IMG/VR virus record: IMGVR_UViG_3300043313_002348 | Span: 18,915 to 82,914 of that record | Reading direction: 5' to 3' (one strand) | Origin: a virus | DNA: 64,000 bases | In this document: positions 28,986 to 37,957 of the stretch, piece by piece | Layout of the letters: each line of letters opens with the position of its first letter | How positions within the stretch are numbered: position 1 is the first letter of the stretch | Notes under the pieces: generated by a model | Told to the model about the DNA's origin: nothing | Seen by the model: only the letters and a program-made list of their open reading frames with translations | The model's database searches: none | Translations under genes and position numbers: made by a program

Positions 28986-29213
28986 GTGAAGTTTACCGTG
29001 GAGTTAGACGCGGTCGAGGTCAACACACACGGTGAACCTATCGACGGCTCGACGCTGATCACTCCCGAGTTTGTGCTTACCTTCCTCCGAGAGTATATGT
29101 TTGACGAGGACGTCGGATTCGAGACCGAGCACCCGACCGACGACACGTCGTACGTGTACATGGGGTTTCGCAACGTAACGGTCACACCTATGATAGAGGA
29201 GGAAGAAAGATGA
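28986..29213 (+). CDS. acidic hypothetical protein
   Basis: AAGGAGG RBS. Confidence 0.55.
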   Translation: MKFTVELDAVEVNTHGEPIDGSTLITPEFVLTFLREYMFDEDVGFETEHPTDDTSYVYMGFRNVTVTPMIEEEER

Positions 29214-29605
29214 TCTCGGAGGAACTTCACACACCCGTTACGGTCGACGATTGGTCACGTACACCACCCGCGGTCGTAAGTGTGATACAACGAATCATGA
29301 AGGATCGTGACACGTTACGTCTCCGTGTGGCGACGTTGACCGCGCAGATTAAGCAGATCGTGGGCAATGATCGTTTGCTATCGAGTTTAACTACCACTAA
29401 CACGGTTGTGAATCCCGACACCGCTGGAGTGTTCGGGGTCGCTCCCAGTTCCGTCGTCCGCTTTAAGTTAGCGGACGGCCTCGAGGTCGACGTGTACGTC
29501 GATCTTCACGGGAAACTTCGGATCGACGGCACGGGTTCGATCGCCCTTGAACTTGGCGACGCGAACGGCTTCACCGTAGCGGTGCTTCCCGAGAGGGAGG
29601 ATTGA
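29210..29605 (+). CDS. hypothetical protein (distantly similar to 31205-31537)
   Basis: Coiled segment, then VVNPD..VRF.L..G.. as in 31205-31537. Confidence 0.55.
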   Translation: MISEELHTPVTVDDWSRTPPAVVSVIQRIMKDRDTLRLRVATLTAQIKQIVGNDRLLSSLTTTNTVVNPDTAGVFGVAPSSVVRFKLADGLEVDVYVDLHGKLRIDGTGSIALELGDANGFTVAVLPERED

Positions 29606-29660
29606 CAGATGTCGTGATTTATGATAGTATGGTTCCTAGCGGAGAAACGAACGAGGAGGA
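29602..29660 (+). promoter_or_regulatory. consensus promoter
   Basis: TTGACA-17-TAGTAT, then GAAACGAACGAGGAGG. Confidence 0.75.
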
Positions 29661-29664
29661 ACCG

Positions 29665-29781
29665 GTGGAGCAGCGGATAGACGTGACGAATGAAGACTGC
29701 TCCTCTTGCGGCGCGAAGCCAGGTCGCCACTGTCGCACGTGGTGTGAGTTGAACGGTACCTCGTGGGACGAGATCGAGTAG
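29665..29781 (+). CDS. 38-aa zinc-finger-like peptide
   Basis: DCSSCGAKPGRHCRTWC; own promoter and RBS. Confidence 0.55.
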   Translation: MEQRIDVTNEDCSSCGAKPGRHCRTWCELNGTSWDEIE

Positions 29782-29784
29782 TGG

Positions 29785-29835
29785 TTGACAAGTCTTAAGA
29801 CTTACGTTACAGTGGACGTACCAGGAACGAACGAG
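29785..29835 (+). promoter_or_regulatory. cassette promoter with a palindrome in the spacer
   Basis: TTGACA-17-TACAGT; AAGTCTTAAGACTT palindrome; CAGGAACGAACGAG. Confidence 0.75.
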
Positions 29836-29846
29836 ATGAGGAAGCA

Positions 29847-30665
29847 ATGACTGCGGGTACCCACTACGATACCGAGGACTACGTCCGCCGGATCACCGCA
29901 CTGCTCGCCCAGGCCGAGTCGACCAACACCCCGGCGGAAGCCGAGATGTACGTGTCGAAAGCCCAGGAGCTGATGCTCTCGCACGCGATCTCCGAGGAGC
30001 TGATCCGCGCCGCCCAGGTGAAGAAGGGTGTGGCGCAGGAGCCAGAGAAGATCATCAGGCAGTCCGTCAAGCTCACGGGTGTCTACCGCAAGGTCGAGAG
30101 TGACATCGTGGTGGCCGTGGCGTTCGCAAACGACTGCCGGTCCGTCGTTCACGATCAGACGTGGTCAACACCACATACCTACGTGATAACGGTCGTCGGA
30201 CACGAGTCTGACGTGGACAACGTGCTGCGGCTGAGCGCGTCACTACTGATCCAGCACAGTACCGCGAAGCGCACGTGGGAGCGTAAGGGTGGGGTACCGA
30301 CACACGTGTCGTCGATGGAGAAGTTCAAGATCCGCCGGCAGTTCACGATCTCGTACGCGCAAGGTGTGGGTTCTCGCCTCCAGCTCGCCCGCCGTGAGGC
30401 TAAGATCACCGTCGCCGAGGCGCAGGTGGAGGCCCAGCGGGTGACCATCGCCGACGCGCAGCAGTCCGTGGCGCTGGCGCTCGTGGATCGGAAGAAGCGT
30501 GTGGACAACTGGATCGACGAGAAGTACGGACGCAGCCTCAGGTCCGTGACGCACAACTACGCGGGTGGTGGATACTCCGCCGCGGAAGCCGGCTACGAGG
30601 CCGGCTCCCGCGCTGACCTCGGACAACCCCGCGTCGGTGGGACCCGTCCCGCGCTGGAAGGTTGA
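29847..30665 (+). CDS. DUF2786 domain protein
   Basis: RITALLAQAESTNTPAEAE..KAQELMLSH; C-terminal GYEAGSRADLG. Confidence 0.8.
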   Translation: MTAGTHYDTEDYVRRITALLAQAESTNTPAEAEMYVSKAQELMLSHAISEELIRAAQVKKGVAQEPEKIIRQSVKLTGVYRKVESDIVVAVAFANDCRSVVHDQTWSTPHTYVITVVGHESDVDNVLRLSASLLIQHSTAKRTWERKGGVPTHVSSMEKFKIRRQFTISYAQGVGSRLQLARREAKITVAEAQVEAQRVTIADAQQSVALALVDRKKRVDNWIDEKYGRSLRSVTHNYAGGGYSAAEAGYEAGSRADLGQPRVGGTRPALEG

Positions 30666-30673
30666 GACCCACG

Positions 30674-31114
30674 ATGAACACAGGTACCCAGCAGTTCACG
30701 TTGTACGACGCGGAGGCGAAGTTATCACGTGGTCGTGTGTTTCAGAAGCTCCCTGAACTTCAGGCCTGGGTCGACGAGCTCCGTGAGACGTGGTGGTGGC
30801 AGCGTTTCTACCCGCAGGTCGTGCGGGTGGAGGTCGGACCGGCGCGGAACCGACGTGAGTCGGTCGGCTGGTTCGAGGCCAAGCAGGGTGCGGGTCGGAT
30901 CGAGATGACTCCCACGGCCCGCGACGTACGTAGTATCACGCACGAGCTGGCGCACGTGATGACGGCAGCACTGCACGGTGACGGGCACGGACACGACCCG
31001 GTGTTCGCCCGCGAGTACGGGAACCTAACGTGGTTCATCTCCGGACCGCAGGCGTGGTTGAACCTGCAGGCCGCGTACGTGCGTCACGGTGTCGACTACG
31101 GCCAGGACGCGTAG
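30674..31114 (+). CDS. SprT-like/TIGR04338 zinc metallohydrolase
   Basis: HELAH...HGHDPVF; typical partner of DUF2786 genes. Confidence 0.75.
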   Translation: MNTGTQQFTLYDAEAKLSRGRVFQKLPELQAWVDELRETWWWQRFYPQVVRVEVGPARNRRESVGWFEAKQGAGRIEMTPTARDVRSITHELAHVMTAALHGDGHGHDPVFAREYGNLTWFISGPQAWLNLQAAYVRHGVDYGQDA

Positions 31115-31131
31115 GGGAGAGACAGCGCACG

Positions 31132-31180
31132 TTGCCAAGTCTTCCTACTTATGCTACGGTGGAACCTACCAGGAAACACG
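31132..31180 (+). promoter_or_regulatory. cassette promoter
   Basis: TTGCCA-17-TACGGT (TG extension), then CAGGAAAC. Confidence 0.6.
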
Positions 31181-31204
31181 AAATCTGATCGAGGAGGAAA
31201 TGTC

Positions 31205-31537
31205 GTGGATCAGCGTGAGAGTAAGCTCCCTGCGTGGGCCCAGAACGAGCTACGCGCCGCGCGCGTCGAGGCTCGAGCCCTACGGCGGCAGGTCGCTGAC
31301 TTGTCTCGTGAGGACTCACTCGTCGTCGCCAACCCAGACCGTGGCGAGCGTGACGTCGAGTCGATCAACTTGGGTGACCGCGCCACCGTCCGCTTCACAC
31401 TCGCGAGTGGCATGATCGACGTGTCACTTCGCGACGGGCATCTCCACGTCGACGCCTTCACGGGTGCGCTCGCGATCACGCCGTGGGTCTCGAACGTCGT
31501 TCACGTTCGGGTCGTTGACTTCCCACGCGGAACGTAG
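31205..31537 (+). CDS. hypothetical protein
   Basis: GAGGAGG RBS; ESKLPAWAQ N-terminus. Confidence 0.6.
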   Translation: MDQRESKLPAWAQNELRAARVEARALRRQVADLSREDSLVVANPDRGERDVESINLGDRATVRFTLASGMIDVSLRDGHLHVDAFTGALAITPWVSNVVHVRVVDFPRGT

Positions 31538-31548
31538 ATCTCTTTAGT

Positions 31549-31616
31549 CAAGTCACGTGACCTGTTGCCGGGTCACGTGACTTGTGCTATAGTGGTAGTA
31601 ACAGGAACGAACGAGG
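31549..31616 (+). promoter_or_regulatory. hairpin-overlapped cassette promoter
   Basis: Inverted repeat CAAGTCACGTGACC/GGTCACGTGACTTG around TTGCCG; -17-TATAGT; CAGGAACGAACGAGG. Confidence 0.75.
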
Positions 31617-31633
31617 AACCGAGGAAGGTCAAG

Positions 31634-32209
31634 ATGACCACCACCACCCAGCACGTGGCACCCACCGAGAAGCAGCTTAACTTCCTCTACGCGCTCGCGG
31701 GTGACCGCGTCGCGACGTCGCTGGGTACCTGTGGCGAGGAGCGGATCGAGAACGTCGGCGTGTGGGTCGAGAACACCTCTCCCTCCCACTCCGAGGTCTC
31801 CCACCGCATCGACTGGCTTCGCCGGCAACCGAAGGACACCGCGAGTGTCGACGCCCAACCGGCCCACACCTCGAGCGACACCGTCGCGGTCACCACCCCG
31901 GGTGTGTTCGAACTCGACGGCGAGGTCTACGTCGTTAAGCCCAACCAGGCCAAGACTCGGCTGTACGCGAAGCGCGTCGTGGAGATCACCGGTGACCGGC
32001 TGACCGAGGCCGACACCGTCGTCAAGATCGAGTTGGAGTACGCACCCGGCGTGATCTACAAGCTGACCGAGGCCCACCGCATGCCGCTGGCGCGCGCGGA
32101 GGAACTGACCGCGCGCTACAAGAAGTGCATCGTCTGCGGACGCGGGCTGAAGGCTGCCACGTCAGTCAAGCAGGGCATCGGCCCGGTCTGCGTCAAGTAC
32201 TTCCGCTGA
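31634..32209 (+). CDS. DUF6011-like zinc-finger protein
   Basis: PTEKQLNFL N-terminus; CIVCGRGL..TSVKQGIGPVC C-terminus. Confidence 0.7.
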   Translation: MTTTTQHVAPTEKQLNFLYALAGDRVATSLGTCGEERIENVGVWVENTSPSHSEVSHRIDWLRRQPKDTASVDAQPAHTSSDTVAVTTPGVFELDGEVYVVKPNQAKTRLYAKRVVEITGDRLTEADTVVKIELEYAPGVIYKLTEAHRMPLARAEELTARYKKCIVCGRGLKAATSVKQGIGPVCVKYFR

Positions 32210-32224
32210 CCGAGAGAATCTTGA

Positions 32225-32292
32225 GAGAACCTGGGTCTGCGTGTAGCCGCGGACCTAGGTTCTTGCTAGAATCGTAGTAACAGGAACGAGGA
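32225..32292 (+). promoter_or_regulatory. terminator hairpin overlapping a cassette promoter
   Basis: AGAACCTGGGTCTGCG/CGCGGACCTAGGTTCT stem; TAGCCG-17-TAGAAT; CAGGAACGAGGAGG. Confidence 0.7.
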
Positions 32293-32301
32293 GGACCTCA
32301 G

Positions 32302-32688
32302 ATGAGGCTTAAGTATCGCAGGCAGGGTGAGGGTAGTTTCGCCGCGTACTTCGCGTACGACGAGACCCGCCAGTACGCGATCGTTCGTCACGATGCGCGA
32401 CGCAGCAACGCTGGGTGGACCCTGCGGATCCGCACGTCGGTCGAGACCTGCGGTGTGAAACACGCGATCGACCAACCGACCCTTCACACATATATAACTC
32501 GGACACGCGCTGACGCGCGTGACGTCGCGCAGCGCTACCACGACCTCGGCGACGACTACCAGCCGAGTGAGCACGGCTACGCGAGCCGGTTCACGTTCGC
32601 GGTGCAAGCACACGACACCGCCACTACCGCGAAGCTTCGCGCCGAGGTCGACGCGCTCCGCGCCGAGGTCAACTCCAACAGGTCGTGA
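32302..32688 (+). CDS. hypothetical protein
   Basis: Promoter and RBS upstream. Confidence 0.6.
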   Translation: MRLKYRRQGEGSFAAYFAYDETRQYAIVRHDARRSNAGWTLRIRTSVETCGVKHAIDQPTLHTYITRTRADARDVAQRYHDLGDDYQPSEHGYASRFTFAVQAHDTATTAKLRAEVDALRAEVNSNRS

Positions 32689-32709
32689 CCACCACGACGT
32701 GGAAACCCG

Positions 32710-32756
32710 TTGCGGGTGTAGGCCATACGTGATATAGTGAACGTAGCAGGAACGAA
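32710..32756 (+). promoter_or_regulatory. cassette promoter
   Basis: TTGCGG-17-TATAGT; CAGGAACGAA. Confidence 0.7.
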
Positions 32757-32781
32757 GTGAAGCAAAATTCCAGGAGGAACG

Positions 32782-33210
32782 ATGACACACGACTTTAAGA
32801 TCAACGACACCGTCCGCATCCTCGACTCGCACACACGAACCCCGGACACCGGCAGGTTCACCGGCGTCGCGACCGTCGTGAAGGTCAACGCCGTGAACCT
32901 CAAGATCAACCTGAACGGCGTACTCGTCACCGTTTCTCCGGAACTCTTGATCCACGTGGACGAGCAGCCGGTGAACGTCGACGACATGATCACCGTCGCG
33001 GACGTCGGCAAGCTCGCGTACGTGCGAGGAGGCAGTGGGTCGAAGTGGACCTACGGACCCAACACGCTGTTCGTGATCATGAACGTTCACGACCGCATAA
33101 AGGTCGTGAAGCTGGGTGGCGACGGTGGCCGGACGTGGACCGTTCCGCGGCATCACGTGACGGTCGCGCCGCTGGAGTCCTTGAACATCGCGGTGAGTCG
33201 GAACGCCTAA
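32782..33210 (+). CDS. hypothetical protein, possibly tandem SH3/KOW-like
   Basis: FKINDTVRI..VVKVN; beta-rich; RBS. Confidence 0.55.
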   Translation: MTHDFKINDTVRILDSHTRTPDTGRFTGVATVVKVNAVNLKINLNGVLVTVSPELLIHVDEQPVNVDDMITVADVGKLAYVRGGSGSKWTYGPNTLFVIMNVHDRIKVVKLGGDGGRTWTVPRHHVTVAPLESLNIAVSRNA

Positions 33211-33263
33211 ATCTGAACTCATTCCTAAGATCCACTACGCACCCTCGAGAGGAGGGACGGTTC

Positions 33264-33614
33264 ATGACGAGTGTACACAACCCGGTCCGCGAACGTGCCT
33301 ACACCCACCCGTATAACTGGCGTCACCGCGCACGCTGCCGCGACGAGCGCTATGGGGGTGAGGGAGTTGACCCTGAGCTGTTCTTCCCCGTGAGCTACGA
33401 GGGTGCGTGGGCCGAGGCGCGGGTGGCGGAGGCCAAGGCGTTCTGCCGTGGGTGTCCCGTGATCGCCGACTGCCTGCGGTGGGCGATCGTTACTGGGCAG
33501 GACGAGGGCGTGTGGGGTGTGACGACCCCGGACGAGCGGCGCGCGCTGCGCGTCGCGCCTCGAGATCGACGTCGGCCTCGCGAGCGGTTCGTTGATCCTG
33601 ACAACCCACCATAG
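33264..33614 (+). CDS. whiB: WhiB-family Fe-S transcription factor
   Basis: WRHRARC..DPELFFP..AKAFCRGCPVIADCLRWAI..GVWG..ERR. Confidence 0.9.
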   Translation: MTSVHNPVRERAYTHPYNWRHRARCRDERYGGEGVDPELFFPVSYEGAWAEARVAEAKAFCRGCPVIADCLRWAIVTGQDEGVWGVTTPDERRALRVAPRDRRRPRERFVDPDNPP

Positions 33615-33618
33615 ATCC

Positions 33619-33651
33619 ACGACCCACGTACGACATCCGTACGTGGGTCGT
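33619..33651 (+). terminator. hairpin terminator
   Basis: CGACCCACGTACG/CGTACGTGGGTCG stem directly after the whiB stop. Confidence 0.6.
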
Positions 33652-33747
33652 CGGGTCTTCGTGGTACGTTGGCTACGACACATCGCGAACTCTCCGTGGC
33701 GGAGGTCTCAGGATCACGAAGTTTCCCAAGATTCTTCGGTAAACCTG

Positions 33748-33803
33748 TTGCTCGGTGTCGTGATATGAGATAGTATGGTCTAACTAGGAACGAAACGAGG
33801 AGG
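33748..33803 (+). promoter_or_regulatory. cassette promoter
   Basis: TTGCTC-17-TAGTAT; TAGGAACGAAACGAGGAGG. Confidence 0.7.
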
Positions 33804-33809
33804 AAGACG

Positions 33810-34205
33810 ATGCAGGTTGACTTGTCACCCGAGGCGATCTATCAGATCTCCACCGCTCTGGTGAACCGCGGCGACCACCGCAACCTGAAGTCCGAGTGGG
33901 CCGACACGGCGACGCGGTTCATCGAGCTTGAGAAGTTGACGCGCGACGCGCGCCTCGGCACCACGGACAACCTCACGATCTACGTGGTGGCGCGCGACAC
34001 GACGGTCGACGGTCAAGTGATCTACGACAGCTACCTCGGCTACGTCTGCACCGCGCACAACGAGGACGAGGCACGTAAGTTGGGTCTCGACCTCGACGGT
34101 GACCAAAGGCCTGACGTCTGGCTCCGCGACACCACGTCGGTGAAGGCGATCGGCTTCGGCGCCGGTCCCGTTCGGATCATCCGCACCGACGGTAACTTCT
34201 CATAA
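33810..34205 (+). CDS. hypothetical protein
   Basis: Promoter and RBS upstream. Confidence 0.6.
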   Translation: MQVDLSPEAIYQISTALVNRGDHRNLKSEWADTATRFIELEKLTRDARLGTTDNLTIYVVARDTTVDGQVIYDSYLGYVCTAHNEDEARKLGLDLDGDQRPDVWLRDTTSVKAIGFGAGPVRIIRTDGNFS

Positions 34206-34244
34206 CGAGAAGATCCGTAATGTATCACCCATGACAACCGAAAG

Positions 34245-34763
34245 GTGACTGTGATCACATCCAGAACACGCCGATTCTTACTACTGCTGACGGCCCTACT
34301 CGCGTTGTTACTGCCGACTGGCTTGAGCCACGTCGCCATCGCGGCGCCGGCTCCGCACTCCGTCGCCAACATCGTGGAAACCACCGTGCACAGGTGCGAC
34401 GCGACTGGCGGCCACTGCGCCCGCATGCACATCGTGGTCCAGGTTCAGGACGGCGCGCAGATGCGCACCGTGGCGTTCGTCGCGTGTTACGGCGCGACTG
34501 GCGACTTCCCCTGCGCCCACGTCGGTGGTAACGCGTGGCTGAACTGCACCACGCTGAACGGTACCGACTGCTCCACCAACGGCGCGCCGGCCAGTTGCAC
34601 CGGGAACTGCCCGCTGAGCTTCGGCATGCTGACCGGTTGGTACCGGCTGCCGGTGTCCAGTCAGCGGTACTCCGGCGCAGCGTCGATCGTGTTCACCACG
34701 GGCGCGGCCGGCGGTGGCTCGAACTGGGGGCTTGCTGGTGTCACCCGGACGTTCGGGTTCTAA
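34245..34763 (+). CDS. secreted Cys-rich protein (paralog of 28388-28939)
   Basis: Signal peptide (RTRRFLLLLTALLALL..AIA); RCDATGGHCAR; FTTGAAGGG..WG. Confidence 0.7.
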   Translation: MTVITSRTRRFLLLLTALLALLLPTGLSHVAIAAPAPHSVANIVETTVHRCDATGGHCARMHIVVQVQDGAQMRTVAFVACYGATGDFPCAHVGGNAWLNCTTLNGTDCSTNGAPASCTGNCPLSFGMLTGWYRLPVSSQRYSGAASIVFTTGAAGGGSNWGLAGVTRTFGF

Positions 34764-34791
34764 CGTCTGACCAAGAAAAAAAAATCATGAG

Positions 34792-34858
34792 AGTATGAGA
34801 CCCGGTTGGTTGACCGGGTCTCATACTTATGCTACGATGAGAACTACCAGGAACGAGG
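34792..34858 (+). promoter_or_regulatory. hairpin-overlapped cassette promoter
   Basis: AGTATGAGACCCGGT/ACCGGGTCTCATACT inverted repeat over TTGACC; -17-TACGAT; CAGGAACGAGG. Confidence 0.75.
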
Positions 34859-34867
34859 GAGAACACG

Positions 34868-34981
34868 ATGATCGTCTACGAAGATCAGCGCGGTGAAACC
34901 GAGCCCTGCGAGGCTGGCACCATCGGTTGCTGCGTTAACCACGTCAAGAGCCCGACCGGTACGTCGTGTGAGACATGGTGA
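34868..34981 (+). CDS. 37-aa Cys-rich peptide
   Basis: MIVYEDQRGETEPCEAGTIGCCVNH..SCETW; promoter and RBS. Confidence 0.55.
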   Translation: MIVYEDQRGETEPCEAGTIGCCVNHVKSPTGTSCETW

Positions 34982-35205
34982 TAGTGATGATCAGGGTTGT
35001 GAGTGGTAACTTCACCGAAACACAACTGATCAACATCACCGAGTTGGCCACCGACGGTCACGTTAAGCGGGGGAAGAATCACTTCTACCTGACACCCGAC
35101 GGTAACCTATCGTGGGTTACGGACCGACGGTACCGCGAGGGAGACTACGACCACCCACGGGTACTCAACGGTAACGTCAAGCTCGGTGTTGTGAGGGTGA
35201 AGTGA
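34975..35205 (+). CDS. hypothetical protein
   Basis: Overlaps both neighbours. Confidence 0.5.
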   Translation: MVIVMIRVVSGNFTETQLINITELATDGHVKRGKNHFYLTPDGNLSWVTDRRYREGDYDHPRVLNGNVKLGVVRVK

Positions 35206-35669
35206 CGATCAGCGAGCACTGCGCGCGCGGCCTACACGGGTTCTGCCGAGGTGATCACACGACGTGCTCCTGCGGGGAGTGTCACTTCGTCTGCGCGCGC
35301 TGCGCACAGCCGTGTCGGACGTTGAACGGACCTGACCACGACATCTGCGCACCGTGTGCGCGTCGGGACGCCCAGGCGTCGGGTGTCGCGCGCCGCGCGT
35401 CACAGGCTTGTGACCACTGTGGTGCCGGCGGAGCCATCCGAGACCCACGTACGCGGAAGAACGTTTACCTGTGCAGTGGCTGTCACGCCGGCGACCTATC
35501 GAGGCTTCCGGGTGTCGCGGTGGACCTCAACGCGGCGTGCGCAGGGCACGACGTCAGCGATCCCTTGCATGCCTGGTACCAGGTTAAGGGTCGTAAGCAC
35601 ATCTGTAGTCGTTGCACGATGACGTGGTACGTGGACTCACGTGAGGTTGCGGCGCGCACAGGATCCTGA
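35202..35669 (+). CDS. multi-CxxC zinc-finger protein
   Basis: Six or more CxxC pairs. Confidence 0.55.
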   Translation: MTISEHCARGLHGFCRGDHTTCSCGECHFVCARCAQPCRTLNGPDHDICAPCARRDAQASGVARRASQACDHCGAGGAIRDPRTRKNVYLCSGCHAGDLSRLPGVAVDLNAACAGHDVSDPLHAWYQVKGRKHICSRCTMTWYVDSREVAARTGS

Positions 35670-35701
35670 TATAGTGAACGTAGGAACAAACGACGAGGAG
35701 G
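35647..35701 (+). promoter_or_regulatory. cassette promoter
   Basis: TTGCGG-17-TATAGT; TAGGAACAAACGACGAGGAGG. Confidence 0.7.
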
Positions 35702-35707
35702 ACGAAG

Positions 35708-35971
35708 TTGATGATCACCGTAGGTGACGTCACGTGGACCACTGAACTGGACCCGCAGAGCGCGGCCGCGCTGTCGACCCGACACGTCGCCGTGGAGCTG
35801 CAGGAGCATGAGTCGAGCCAGGGTGGGTGGCCGACCCTCAAGCTGATCGGCGGTACGCGCGACGATGTGCGTGCGTGGTTGCTCACGAACTGGGACAACG
35901 ACGAAGAGACCGTGGATCACGTGCTCGAGGGTGCCACACCTACGCCCGATGTGCGGATTCTCACCCAGTAG
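35708..35971 (+). CDS. hypothetical protein
   Basis: Promoter and RBS; GGWP motif. Confidence 0.6.
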   Translation: MMITVGDVTWTTELDPQSAAALSTRHVAVELQEHESSQGGWPTLKLIGGTRDDVRAWLLTNWDNDEETVDHVLEGATPTPDVRILTQ

Positions 35972-35974
35972 AGC

Positions 35975-36046
35975 GGTAGTTACGTCTGAAGTCCGAGGGT
36001 AGTTACGTCTGAAGTCCGAGGTCGTGGACCTCGGGCTTTCGACGTA
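35975..36046 (+). repeat. 23-bp tandem duplication forming the arm of a terminator hairpin
   Basis: GGTAGTTACGTCTGAAGTCCGAG x2, followed by the complementary CCTCGGGCTTTCGACGTA. Confidence 0.75.
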
Positions 36047-36167
36047 CGAGAACACGTCTGACCTCCTCCCGGAACACACGACGTCGTGACCTGGTCGTAC
36101 GCGTCACAGCATCCGCGTGAGATGTCGAGGGAGGCGCTCAGAGTCACAAGATTTTTCCATCAACCCG

Positions 36168-36219
36168 TTGCGTCAACATCCTACTTAGGATAGTATGGTC
36201 TCAACAGGAACGAACGAGG
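36168..36219 (+). promoter_or_regulatory. cassette promoter
   Basis: TTGCGT-17-TAGTAT; CAGGAACGAACGAGG. Confidence 0.7.
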
Positions 36220-36233
36220 CGAAGGACGAGACG

Positions 36234-36491
36234 ATGACCAACACCGGCGTTCTGCACGAGGTCGAGGTTCACGACCGCATCGCGACCATACGGCACCTGC
36301 ACCCCGAGTCCGGGATCGAGATCGGTCGCGACGAAACGATCCTGGACACCACTGCCGGCGCGTGCCCGCTGTGGCTGCAGGTGGCGACGTGGTTGCAGAC
36401 CTTCGACCTGTGCCTGGTACTCCCGGACGAGGTCTTTCCGCGGCTGACTGCGGGGAACACCTGGACCGCCGAGGCTCGCGAGCTTCGGTAA
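36234..36491 (+). CDS. hypothetical protein
   Basis: ATG after the promoter and RBS. Confidence 0.55.
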   Translation: MTNTGVLHEVEVHDRIATIRHLHPESGIEIGRDETILDTTAGACPLWLQVATWLQTFDLCLVLPDEVFPRLTAGNTWTAEARELR

Positions 36492-36871
36492 GGTAGTGTG
36501 CACACGTAAGACAAGATCCACCATCAGGAACCGTAGGAGGAAGCAGTGAATCACGTAACCGATCTCACGGACGAGCAGCTTCAGCAGCGCTACGTCCCGG
36601 CCGCGTTCTTGCCCGCCGACCGACGCGCACGCCAGCGTCTCGCGGCGCGCAACGCCCAGGTCACTGCCGAGCTGCGACGTCGCGGCTACGTCCCTGTGGG
36701 GGTGTGACGTGGCGCAGAGCTCCAGCCAGCCGGCACCTGGGCACCCAGGTAACTGCGCCTGCAACGGTACCGGCCTCGTGATCGCGGGAACGCGCTACGA
36801 GCCGCAGCCCAACACCACTACTCCCGGCGTGCGTCGCGTGCGTCGGACCTGCAACCGAGAAGGAAGCTGAC

Positions 36872-37174
36872 GTGGCTGACAGCTTGGAACCCACCCCGTT
36901 GGTCCTAGGTCACTCTGTCGTGAACATCGTGTTCGCTCGCGTGCTGCTGGCCGTCGCGACGCCCATCGCATCCGACGCGGAGCTGACACCCGCGGAGCGT
37001 ATCCACGTGGAGATCGAGAACGAACTCCGGTGGTTGAGCCGCTACAACCCTGACCTTCACGACCTGGTCGCGAACCCACTGCGTAACGTCAAGTCACTTG
37101 TCAGCCGGGAGCAGCAAGACCCGTTACGGGACTCGATGTGTGAATCTAAGCATCGTTCCATCGCAGAAGACTAA
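36872..37174 (+). CDS. hypothetical protein
   Basis: AAGGA RBS. Confidence 0.5.
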   Translation: MADSLEPTPLVLGHSVVNIVFARVLLAVATPIASDAELTPAERIHVEIENELRWLSRYNPDLHDLVANPLRNVKSLVSREQQDPLRDSMCESKHRSIAED

Positions 37175-37188
37175 GAAGGAGGACGACG

Positions 37189-37359
37189 ATGGTAAGTCGA
37201 AGAACTACGCTGGCTCGCGCGGCGTACCAGGCTGCGCAGCGTCAGGCGGACCAGGCGCGGACGCCGGCGCAGGTCCGGAAAGCTAACCGGGCGATCGTGA
37301 CCGCGGCCGCGCAGCTTCCAGGCCGCGACTTCCTGTGGCGCCCGTTACGGCGTCGGTAG
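37189..37359 (+). CDS. small basic Ala/Arg-rich protein
   Basis: Read by hand: MVSRRTTLARAAYQAAQRQ...; AAGGAGG RBS; followed by a hairpin. Confidence 0.5.
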   Translation: MVSRRTTLARAAYQAAQRQADQARTPAQVRKANRAIVTAAAQLPGRDFLWRPLRRR

Positions 37360-37374
37360 CATCGAAGTGACAGA

Positions 37375-37458
37375 GAAGGGGTGATCACGAAAGTGGTCAC
37401 CCCCTTCCGTTGACGTCGTGTCATATCTATGCTATGATGGTACCATCAGGAACGAACG
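37375..37458 (+). promoter_or_regulatory. terminator hairpin plus cassette promoter
   Basis: GAAGGGGTGATCAC-GAAA-GTGGTCACCCCCTTC; TTGACG-17-TATGAT; CAGGAACGAACG. Confidence 0.75.
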
Positions 37459-37473
37459 ACCGAGGAGGATCCG

Positions 37474-37890
37474 GTGACGGCTTTCACGCTGAACCCGAAG
37501 GTACTCGACAAGATCCGCAACGCCCCGGTCCCCACGGTCGAGCAGGTACGCGCCGCGCGCGTCGCCGTCGCCAACTCCCCGCGTCACGGTGGTGACCGGC
37601 GCGGAAGCTCGACCAGCCGCCGCCGGCGCACCGAGAAGCTCCTTCACGAGTTTGGCGACGGGACCACCTGCCCGTGCTCATACTGCCACGTCGCGCTCAC
37701 CGCGGAGACGCTGACCCAGGACAAGATCTACACGACGAACGAAGGTGGCGGGTACCGCTACGAGAACCTCATCCCGGCGTGCATGGACTGCAACCGCCGA
37801 CGTCTCGACACCGCCATCTGGGAGATCGTCTCCGAGGTCGTCGTGGCCGCCGAGGCGATCACCGTCGAGGCGATCACCGTTGCGGCGTAG
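37474..37890 (+). CDS. HNH endonuclease-like protein
   Basis: CSYC...QDKI..GGGY..ENLIPACMDCNRRR; the first His of the HNH motif is replaced. Confidence 0.75.
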   Translation: MTAFTLNPKVLDKIRNAPVPTVEQVRAARVAVANSPRHGGDRRGSSTSRRRRTEKLLHEFGDGTTCPCSYCHVALTAETLTQDKIYTTNEGGGYRYENLIPACMDCNRRRLDTAIWEIVSEVVVAAEAITVEAITVAA

Positions 37891-37932
37891 ACGTCGTCAC
37901 CCAAACTTGATATGATGATACCGATCAGGAAC
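37888..37932 (+). promoter_or_regulatory. cassette promoter
   Basis: TAGACG-17-TATGAT; CAGGAACAC. Confidence 0.65.
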
Positions 37933-37957
37933 ACATGAAGTGAGGAGGAACGTGCGA

